Shown here one piece after another: positions 18,457-25,766 of a stretch of DNA of 38,256 nt; the first letter of the stretch is position 1, and each line of letters begins with the position of its first letter. Both the position numbers and the translations under genes were made by a program. The DNA lies in the NCBI GenBank assembly GCA_027249445.1, contig JAPNTN010000099.1, forward strand, positions 1 to 38,256, in the 5' to 3' direction. This DNA comes from Dehalococcoidia bacterium. GTDB taxonomy: Bacteria; Chloroflexota; Dehalococcoidia; Lucifugimonadales; UBA3495. Below the pieces are notes generated by a model. It made no database searches and was not told the origin of the DNA. It worked only from the letters and a program-made list of their open reading frames with translations.

Positions 18457-19467
18457 ATGTTGTTGAAATTCAGTCGACTGGTAGTAGTAATTATGCTTTT
18501 ATGTGGATTAAGTATATTGGGAATAGCTTGTTCCCAATTTAACGATGCTGCAGATGCTGAATTAGTACCAGTTTCCATAGCTCTAGACTGGTTTCCATGG
18601 GCTAACCACTCTGGCTTGTATGTAGCAAAGGAGAGAGGGTATTTTGAGGAGGAAGGATTAGATGTAAGTATTTATGTTCCGGGTGATCCTTCAACGGTTT
18701 TGCAGACCGTGGCTGCTGGTAAAGATGACTTTGGTATCAGTTATCAACCCGAAGTTCTAATCGCCAGAGAGCAGGATATACCAGTTGTATCTATAATGGC
18801 GATGGTTCAACACCCATTAAATTCTGTGATGGCATTGGAGGAGTCTGGCATTGTTACTCCGAAGGACCTCGAAGGGAAAAAAGTTGGGTCGCCAGGGGTC
18901 CCGTCGGATGACGCTCTCATTGACTCGGTATTAAGAAATGAAGGGTTAACGATTGACGATGTGGAAATGGTTAATGTTGGTTATGATTTGGTAGCTGCAT
19001 TGCTGGCCAAAAGGGTGGACGCAATAATTGGCGCATATTGGGTCCACGAATCCATATCAGCCACTAATCAGGGATATGAATTAAATATCATGAAAATGGA
19101 AGAGAATGGGGTGCCTGATTATTATGAGCTGGTCATAGTTGCTAGCGAATCTAAAATCTCGGAAAGACCTGAGGTTGTTCAGAAATTCGTCAATGGTGTT
19201 ATGAAGGGCTATAAGGATGCTATGGATGATCCCCTGGATGCTGTGGCTCTACTAAAAGAATTGAAGCCGGAGACTGACCTTGAGATAGAAAACCCTGGCG
19301 TTAAGTTGTTGGCCCCATTGTGGTCTACGGAAAATGGCGTGTTCGGTTGGCAAGAAAATGATAGATGGGAAGAATTTGCTCAGTGGATGGTGGAGGCAGG
19401 AAGATTATCTGATTCATCTGGTAGCTCCGAAGCTTTCACAAATAAATTTGTAGCCGATAGCAAGTGA
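18457..19467 (+). CDS. thiY: NMT1/THI5-like substrate-binding lipoprotein, predicted HMP/formylaminopyrimidine binder
   Basis: Signal peptide plus lipobox (LGIAC). LDWFPWANHSGLYVAKERGYFEEEGLDVSIYVPGDPS..AAGKDDFGISYQ matches the NMT1/THI5/ThiY family pattern. AAGGAAG SD. Confidence 0.82.
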   Translation: MLLKFSRLVVVIMLLCGLSILGIACSQFNDAADAELVPVSIALDWFPWANHSGLYVAKERGYFEEEGLDVSIYVPGDPSTVLQTVAAGKDDFGISYQPEVLIAREQDIPVVSIMAMVQHPLNSVMALEESGIVTPKDLEGKKVGSPGVPSDDALIDSVLRNEGLTIDDVEMVNVGYDLVAALLAKRVDAIIGAYWVHESISATNQGYELNIMKMEENGVPDYYELVIVASESKISERPEVVQKFVNGVMKGYKDAMDDPLDAVALLKELKPETDLEIENPGVKLLAPLWSTENGVFGWQENDRWEEFAQWMVEAGRLSDSSGSSEAFTNKFVADSK

Positions 19468-19546
19468 TTGTGGTATATCTGAAGCTCGGAGTTATACCCG
19501 GGTTCATTTCAAATTAACTTAGCTAGATAGCAACATTAGAGGTGTT

Positions 19547-19906
19547 ATGCCATTATATTTTCTGCTTGGTACGTTGAATGAGAATGGGCAAAGCATGTTA
19601 CTTAACAATCCTGATTTGGTTATAGATGCCATAAAGGACTGTGATTGTGATGAGGCCCAAATACTTGGTAAATATTTCGTTCTGGGACGCTGTGACTATG
19701 TGATGTTAATCGAAGCCGACGATAATGAGGCTGTTGGTAAACTAGCAATAGAGATAGGTGTCAAAGCGGGGCTGCATACTGAAACTTTGCCCGCAATGGC
19801 AATTGGAGATATGGCGGAAGGCGATAACTTAGCTAGTGGTTCGGATTTTGATTCAGTAGATATTGTGGCTGGAGAAGAATGGAGATTGCCTGGAAGCGAA
19901 TCCTAG
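19547..19906 (+). CDS. GYD-domain family protein (function unknown) with acidic C-terminal tail
   Basis: 119-aa ORF with AGAGG SD. MPLYFLLGTLNENG...ILGKYFVLGRCDYVMLIEADDNEAVGKLAIEIGVKAGLHTETLPAMAI follows the GYD-family pattern as I remember it. Family call is by eye only. Confidence 0.7.
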   Translation: MPLYFLLGTLNENGQSMLLNNPDLVIDAIKDCDCDEAQILGKYFVLGRCDYVMLIEADDNEAVGKLAIEIGVKAGLHTETLPAMAIGDMAEGDNLASGSDFDSVDIVAGEEWRLPGSES

Positions 19907-19918
19907 AGAGAATAAATA

Positions 19919-20566
19919 ATGAGTACATCTGAAGATCTTAGAAGCACTGTATCAGACGTTTGGGATAGGGTGGTTAATCACAAGTTTGTGAATGAATTGG
20001 GTAGCGGGACGCTTGCTACCGCGGTATTTAATGATTATTTTGATCAAGATTATCTGTTTCTAAGAGATTGGGCAATATTGCTGGGAATGGCATCTGTTAA
20101 ATCCCCTGATTTTCATAGCTCACGGCAGATTGTTGGCTTTTTACATCTTGGTTTGGGTGGGGAAGAAGGGCTGTTTCAGAGGGCATTCAGGGAACGTGGG
20201 TTAGATCAAACGTCGATTTTATCCATGGAATATTTTCCAGATACACTTAACTACAGTGGATATCTTAGGACATGTGCTTATGAGGGATCGTTTATAGACG
20301 TTATTGTGACTTTATTGGCAGTTGAATGGCCATATTTGAATTGGGCAGAGAGGTTGTTTAACGCTGGTATGAATCCTGGTAACTATTACTATAAAACATG
20401 GATAGATATACATGTTAGTGATGGTATGTACGCCTTTGTTAATTGGATGATAGAGACTGTGGACAATCACGTTTTTACAGACGTAGAACGACACAGAGCA
20501 GAACAAATCTTCGCTAACGTCCTACGATTTGAAGAGATATTTTTTGATATGTGTTACAAGGACTAG
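19919..20566 (+). CDS. tenA: TenA-family aminopyrimidine aminohydrolase (thiaminase II), apparently the Cys-less TenA_E type
   Basis: 215-aa helical ORF with [28 protein letters not shown] and [11 protein letters not shown], typical of TenA/PqqC-like proteins. Operon context with thiD. Confidence 0.85.
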   Translation: MSTSEDLRSTVSDVWDRVVNHKFVNELGSGTLATAVFNDYFDQDYLFLRDWAILLGMASVKSPDFHSSRQIVGFLHLGLGGEEGLFQRAFRERGLDQTSILSMEYFPDTLNYSGYLRTCAYEGSFIDVIVTLLAVEWPYLNWAERLFNAGMNPGNYYYKTWIDIHVSDGMYAFVNWMIETVDNHVFTDVERHRAEQIFANVLRFEEIFFDMCYKD

Positions 20567-20568
20567 AC

Positions 20569-21378
20569 ATGACCACGAGCAACAAACGGACAATTCCTAG
20601 TGCTATGACTATAGCCGGGTCGGACTCTGGAGGAGGGGCTGGGATACAGGCAGATTTGAAGACCTTTTCTGCTCTAGGTGTTTTTGGAACATCATGTATA
20701 ACGGCTATAACTGCGCAAAATACGGTTGGTGTGAGAGGTATCCATGAAATACCAGAGGAACTCATTGCAGATCAGATCACATGTGTTTTGGAAGACATAG
20801 GAGCTGATGCAGTTAAGACCGGTATGTTGTCGAGCATTGGAATAGTTGAGACTGTTTCTACTGAATTGAGCAAACATGACGTAGCAAATCTGGTAGTAGA
20901 TCCGGTAATGATAGCTAAGAGTGGAGATGCTTTGCTTAAGAGTGAAGCAGTTCAGGCTGTGAGGGATTTGATGTTACCGCTGGCGACTGTTGTGACTCCT
21001 AACATACCAGAAGCGGAAGTGCTTACTGAATTGAGCATTAATTCTATAGAAGATATGAAAGCTGCCGCAAAAGCGTTGGTAGGCATGGGGTGTAACGCTG
21101 CTGTAGTGAAAGGTGGGCATATGATGGGCCCCGCTTCCGATCTGCTTTATGATGGATCGGAGTATCATGTCTTTTCTGTAGAACGTATAGATACTGTAAA
21201 TACCCACGGGACTGGATGCACCTTTGCGTCTGCTATTGCGGCTGGTTTGGCTAAACGGCTGACATTATATGAATCGGTCTCTGAGGCGAAACAGTATATA
21301 ACTGAGGCAATCCAATCCGAGTTTAATATAGGAAAAGGGCATGGCCCGTTGAACCATTTTCATCGGTTCTGGGAATAG
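20569..21378 (+). CDS. thiD: Hydroxymethylpyrimidine / phosphomethylpyrimidine kinase
   Basis: [27 protein letters not shown] and [17 protein letters not shown] are ThiD hallmarks. I prefer the ATG at 20569 (AAGGA 7 nt upstream, just after the tenA stop) over the track start at 20551. Confidence 0.93.
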   Translation: MTTSNKRTIPSAMTIAGSDSGGGAGIQADLKTFSALGVFGTSCITAITAQNTVGVRGIHEIPEELIADQITCVLEDIGADAVKTGMLSSIGIVETVSTELSKHDVANLVVDPVMIAKSGDALLKSEAVQAVRDLMLPLATVVTPNIPEAEVLTELSINSIEDMKAAAKALVGMGCNAAVVKGGHMMGPASDLLYDGSEYHVFSVERIDTVNTHGTGCTFASAIAAGLAKRLTLYESVSEAKQYITEAIQSEFNIGKGHGPLNHFHRFWE

Positions 21379-21404
21379 TTTTAGATACGACGTGTAGATT
21401 GGAC

Positions 21405-21734
21405 CTAGTCGTACAGCCCTTCATCTGAAAACAATTGCTGGTCCCAGTCTGTATCTTCTCTTCCTATGATATAGCTTGTATAGAGCGAAGCCCCTCTTAT
21501 CCATAGCACGAAGACTGCTCGATCAATAAGTTCAGGATCAAATTCTGTTTGCCTGCCAATTAGTTCGGTTAACCAAGCTATATGGCCTGCCCTGAAAAAT
21601 CTTCGCAGAAACTCTGTGGGCTCATTGTCGGCGAATGAACAAGCTTCAAGTATTTCGAAGGGAAGTTCTGAGCAAAGCATGTTAGGACTTCGAGTTGCTA
21701 GTTGTATGTATGATTCTTCTTCGGCAGTATCCAT
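21405..21734 (-). CDS. Hypothetical protein (109 aa, acidic, no recognisable domain)
   Basis: ORF with ATG 28 nt after the NHL gene stop. Last gene of the minus-strand cluster. No motif I can recognise. Confidence 0.55.
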   Translation of the reverse strand: MDTAEEESYIQLATRSPNMLCSELPFEILEACSFADNEPTEFLRRFFRAGHIAWLTELIGRQTEFDPELIDRAVFVLWIRGASLYTSYIIGREDTDWDQQLFSDEGLYD

Positions 21735-21762
21735 GATGCTAGAAGCAATAGAACATATCTAT

Positions 21763-22812
21763 CTATAAATTTCTTTGGGGCTGGTTGTATTCAGCTAGTT
21801 TATTGTAGATTTGAATCCTATTTCTTTGGGTGTCACCGATAAGAATTTGGCTTTTTACATTGTCGAATACAACGGTTACCGGTAGTGCAAGTCTCCATTC
21901 AGTCTCAGGGTCTTTAACTTCACGACGACGTTGAATGACAGCTGGATTGGCATCTGTCATCATTTGGCTCCACATACTGAGATCTCTGGCATCACCCATC
22001 AAGGAGGTTATGAAACGCCCGTCGGGTGAGTATATCTGTATTCTACTATTTGCCCAGTCACAGACGTAAACATCACCGGAATCGTCAACAGACACATCGG
22101 ATGGTCTGATCAGTTCTCCTCTGCCTGTGCCCGAAGAGCCAAATATAGCCAAGACTTCTCCGGTTGGGCCAAATTTTTGAACTCTGTCATTTTTGTGGTC
22201 TGCCACATAGGTATTGTTTTCTGAATCAATAGCGATCCCCCATGGGGAGTCAAGCATCCCTGGATCACTTCCTTGAGAACCCCATTCACGAATGAAGTCA
22301 CCATCTAGGCTAAACTGGGATATTTTATGTCCGTGACTTTCCACAATATATATTTCTTGTGAATTGCTGATTGCAATGCCAGATGGACCCTGCAATAGAC
22401 TTCCGTCTGGTTTCTTACCTTGCCAGGATTTTAAGAAGTTACCCTCGCTGTCGAATATAGAGACTGAATTCAAAAATTCATCAGATACGAATACCCGTTG
22501 TTCATGGTCTAACGCGATGGCTGATGGCCAGATAAACTCTCCTGCTCCGTCCCCGTATTTTCCGAACTCGGTTAGAAATGCTTCTTCTCCCTGGCCATTT
22601 CCTAGGTTAAATACACCTACTCGCGTCCCTCTGCCAGTTTTATTCCAAGGGACTGAAGCTATATTTTCGCCGCCACGATTTAAAACGTAGATCGTATTAT
22701 TTGGGCCAATAGCAATGCCGTTTATATCTTGAAAGCCAATTCCAGTTATGCCGCCACGACCGAGACAATAACTGTAATCATATACTCTTCCTGCTGCTAT
22801 TTGAGTTACCAT
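21763..22812 (-). CDS. NHL-repeat beta-propeller protein
   Basis: 349-aa ORF with roughly six repeats of the NHL pattern (e.g. GPSGIAISNSQEIYIVESHGHKISQF, SPWGIAIDSENNTYVADHKNDRVQKF, RPSDVSVDDSGDVYVCDWANSRIQIY). No signal peptide. Confidence 0.85.
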   Translation of the reverse strand: MVTQIAAGRVYDYSYCLGRGGITGIGFQDINGIAIGPNNTIYVLNRGGENIASVPWNKTGRGTRVGVFNLGNGQGEEAFLTEFGKYGDGAGEFIWPSAIALDHEQRVFVSDEFLNSVSIFDSEGNFLKSWQGKKPDGSLLQGPSGIAISNSQEIYIVESHGHKISQFSLDGDFIREWGSQGSDPGMLDSPWGIAIDSENNTYVADHKNDRVQKFGPTGEVLAIFGSSGTGRGELIRPSDVSVDDSGDVYVCDWANSRIQIYSPDGRFITSLMGDARDLSMWSQMMTDANPAVIQRRREVKDPETEWRLALPVTVVFDNVKSQILIGDTQRNRIQIYNKLAEYNQPQRNL

Positions 22813-22889
22813 GCAACCTCCGCGGTGTACCGCGTATTGAACAAGTACACAAAGTGGGATTGTTATTTCTATGTGAGAACTTTGGGAGG

Positions 22890-24017
22890 CTAGATGAAAG
22901 CGGGCTTTTCAAACACACCTTTGACTATTGGATTTGCGTCCAGCCCTAACCAATCTTCAATTATTGTGGAGTAGAAGCCTCTAAAATCTAGATTGGGTAC
23001 CAAATCTCCCTGTTGTAATGTCTCCGGCTTTAGAGATGGGTATTCTCCATAAAATCCGCCTTTAACAGGGTCTCCCATTACGAATGCAGCTCCTGCAGCG
23101 CCATGGTCGGTCCCTGAGCCATTGTCTTTTACTCGTCTTCCGAATTCAGAGAACAGAACCATGATGACGTTATCAGCAGCGTCATGCTCCCGCAGATCAT
23201 CAAAGAAATCCCCAATAGCTTGGGATACATCGGTCCATAACTGGGAGAGCATGCCTTCCTGGTTAGCGTGGGAATCAAAACTTCCATAATCGCAATAAAA
23301 TATCCTAGTACCCACGTTCGCTAGATGGATTTGTGCAATGTTTTTCAGACGTCTACCTATTGTGGAATCTGAGTATTCTACGGTAGATGAATACATGCCG
23401 GGAGCCACTTTCAATATGTCCGCACCTTCCATAGCTTCAAGGCCTGTATCCCCTAGGTAATTCATTACGAAGTCTGAACCTACAGTAGGGCTGTACATAC
23501 GGCTAAATCTATCTATAATTTTACTTCTTTGTAACTCGCTTGATATTCCTGTGAGTAGGCCATAGCTTTCAAGATTATCTACAGCTGCTACAGGTACGCC
23601 TGGCAGAGAAACTGCTCTGAACATGCTGGGACCAATACTTACCGTAGTAACTACGTTTTCTTTACGTGGATCAAGGTCTCTAGCAGCCATCCCTAACCAT
23701 CCCTCGGTCCCCATCTTGTCAGGTTCGCATGTGTGCCATATATCCATAGACCTGAAGTGGGATCTGGGAGAGTCGGGATACCCTACTCCGTGGACAACTG
23801 CTACGTTCCCTTGGTTGAATAGATTCTGTATTACTCCCATGCTGGGGTGAAACCCGAGGGAGTCATTAATCTTCAATATGTCTGAGTCAGGGATGCCCAC
23901 AGCCTGACGGGCGTCTCTATACAGCGGGTCTGTGTAGGGTATTACCGTGTTTAGGTAGTCGTTTCCGCCTGATAGTTGAAGAACTACGATTACAGGGTCT
24001 TTTGTAGTAGATGTCAT
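22890..24017 (-). CDS. DUF1501-family protein (sulfatase/alkaline-phosphatase-like), no Tat/Sec signal
   Basis: 375-aa ORF with VIVVLQLSGGNDYLNTVIPY, HGVGYPDSPRSHFRSMDIWHT, GWLG, FDSHANQ and TDHG, matching DUF1501 conserved blocks. Confidence 0.85.
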   Translation of the reverse strand: MTSTTKDPVIVVLQLSGGNDYLNTVIPYTDPLYRDARQAVGIPDSDILKINDSLGFHPSMGVIQNLFNQGNVAVVHGVGYPDSPRSHFRSMDIWHTCEPDKMGTEGWLGMAARDLDPRKENVVTTVSIGPSMFRAVSLPGVPVAAVDNLESYGLLTGISSELQRSKIIDRFSRMYSPTVGSDFVMNYLGDTGLEAMEGADILKVAPGMYSSTVEYSDSTIGRRLKNIAQIHLANVGTRIFYCDYGSFDSHANQEGMLSQLWTDVSQAIGDFFDDLREHDAADNVIMVLFSEFGRRVKDNGSGTDHGAAGAAFVMGDPVKGGFYGEYPSLKPETLQQGDLVPNLDFRGFYSTIIEDWLGLDANPIVKGVFEKPAFI

Positions 24018-24054
24018 AACTTAACCTTTCTAATCAATTGATGTAAATTAATCT

Positions 24055-25449
24055 TTATTGGTATTGGTACTCGCGCGTTGCAACTATTAGTTGCAGCATT
24101 TCTGCGATACGGTCCGATGAAATCTTGTCATCCGACCAAGTTAAATCACCTAATTCTGAAGCGTGTCCGACTAGCTGGCCTTTAGTCTCTTCTTGTACTT
24201 CTACTGGCCCAAGTATGTCCAAACACGTGTCAACGAAAGCGCTCACATCGAGATTGCCTTTGGATTTTATTCTGTAGATTATATCTTGTATGCCTGGTTT
24301 CCCTGTGTCTCCTACCATGTCCGCCGTGAAGTTTATACGCTTCATTAACGTACCACTATTAATCCATTCTGACCCTGTATGCCAGCCTTCTACGCTGGGA
24401 GGTCCGAGTAGGTCTTGCCCCATATATCCCGGTTCCTTGGCTAGGTTACCAATACCCGGTTTTGGGAACTCATATCCACCTACTAGTCTCATGGTTCCTA
24501 CTACCACTTCCACTGGGCTCTTGATTTTCTCAAAACGGGCTTCTTTAAAGAATTCGGAATTGAACAGAACTCTCAAAACGGACTTCATATCATAGTTAGA
24601 TTCTCGGAATGTATCAGCCAACAACTGAACAGCCTCTTCATTCCTTGGCGGTTCGACTGACCAAGCTGGCACTTGGGGTTCATCTGCGACGAAGAAATTG
24701 TATAAGTGGCGTGCTATAAATCTACCAGTGGCTGGATGAGCACACACGATATCGATAATATCTTCACCGTTGAAGTTGCCAGTATGGCCTAAGAATGTCT
24801 TTTCGCCTTCGTCGTGGTCTTCCTCTTGGTATTCAAAAGACCAGTCGAATCTACCGGTTCCGCTTCCCCTTGGTATCATCGGGGTGATGGTCCAACCAGT
24901 AAAGGCCCGTGAACATTCCCTGACGTCATCTTCGGTGTAGTTGCCTACTCCCATGCTGAATAATTCGAGGAGTTCTCTCCCCCAATTCTCGTTTACAGCG
25001 TATGAGTGGTTGTCGCAGTTATCCAGCCAGTAGATCATGGCAGGATTTTTGGCTAGTGCAACGAGGAGCTCTCTGTAATCTCCCATGCCCATATCTCTGA
25101 ACATATCTATTTGGTGGATGACCTCGTGGTAATGGTCTATTTTAGAGTAACCAGTAGCGAATACTTGGTGCCAGAAGAGGACCATTTTTTCTTGTAATAC
25201 TCTTTGGGTGCTAACCATGTCGTGTAGCCATCCCGCTCCGCCCATGCCGGACGATGTTATAGGTTTCCAGAAATGCGGGTGGTACCTGAGGAATTCTAGC
25301 CTGTCTGAGCTCAATTGGGTGTCTGGATTTAGTAGTTCTTCAACTGTTGCGTCGTATCCTATGGATGCTCTGCGCTCTAGTTCTGTTCGAGAGGCCCCGA
25401 ATCCAGCCCTACGCATTAAATGAGCAATTAATTCAATATCATTGTTCAT
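24055..25449 (-). CDS. DUF1800-family protein
   Basis: 464-aa ORF. AHLMRRAGFGASRTELE...VEELL, HFWKP, WHQVFAT and NENWGRELLELFSMGVGNYTEDDV match the DUF1800 pattern. It sits directly upstream of DUF1501, the usual pairing. Confidence 0.85.
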   Translation of the reverse strand: MNNDIELIAHLMRRAGFGASRTELERRASIGYDATVEELLNPDTQLSSDRLEFLRYHPHFWKPITSSGMGGAGWLHDMVSTQRVLQEKMVLFWHQVFATGYSKIDHYHEVIHQIDMFRDMGMGDYRELLVALAKNPAMIYWLDNCDNHSYAVNENWGRELLELFSMGVGNYTEDDVRECSRAFTGWTITPMIPRGSGTGRFDWSFEYQEEDHDEGEKTFLGHTGNFNGEDIIDIVCAHPATGRFIARHLYNFFVADEPQVPAWSVEPPRNEEAVQLLADTFRESNYDMKSVLRVLFNSEFFKEARFEKIKSPVEVVVGTMRLVGGYEFPKPGIGNLAKEPGYMGQDLLGPPSVEGWHTGSEWINSGTLMKRINFTADMVGDTGKPGIQDIIYRIKSKGNLDVSAFVDTCLDILGPVEVQEETKGQLVGHASELGDLTWSDDKISSDRIAEMLQLIVATREYQYQ

Positions 25450-25766
25450 AAATTTCTCCAGTAACTAGACATATTAATCTGCTAATCATAGAGCGCTAAT
25501 CGGATTCATTCACTACCTAAATGCACTTAATATTTTCTTTGATTGCCTCTATGAAGATGAATGCAATCAGGTTCTTCCCAAATATAACATGAAATCGTGT
25601 GCGTTGCTATTGAGATAGATGTGCTCAAGGTAGCAAATATAAAAAACGATTGTTTAGTAGCTTGATTCAGTTTTTTTGTGAGTAACACGATTTCGTTTCG
25701 GATGTTCACTAAATATGGGATATAATACGTCCACTTATAACCCCTTATATTCGAGGTAAATCCGTA

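Noticed and set aside
17531-18578. Minus-strand ORFs 17531-17890, 18008-18364 and 18291-18578, antisense to thiX/thiY.
   Set aside because: They are shadow ORFs of a hydrophobic permease gene. They have no SD or motifs and would disrupt an otherwise coherent plus-strand operon.
20551-20568. Upstream start for thiD (MLQGLD...).
   Set aside because: It would overlap tenA by 16 nt using a non-ATG codon. The ATG at 20569 has AAGGA at proper spacing and gives a normal ThiD N-terminus.
21379-21420. Possible terminator hairpin between thiD and the convergent 109-aa ORF (TACGAC ... GTCGTA).
   Set aside because: Only a 6-bp stem with a 16-nt loop and no flanking T/A runs. Not convincing as an intrinsic terminator.
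25527-25709. 60-aa minus-strand ORF in the ileS / DUF1800 intergenic region.
   Set aside because: GTG start without an SD, an AT-rich low-complexity translation, and no recognisable motif. The region is better explained as regulatory or leader DNA.
25450-25766. T-box riboswitch upstream of ileS.
   Set aside because: I looked for the conserved T-box sequence and a specifier/terminator arrangement on the plus strand and found neither.
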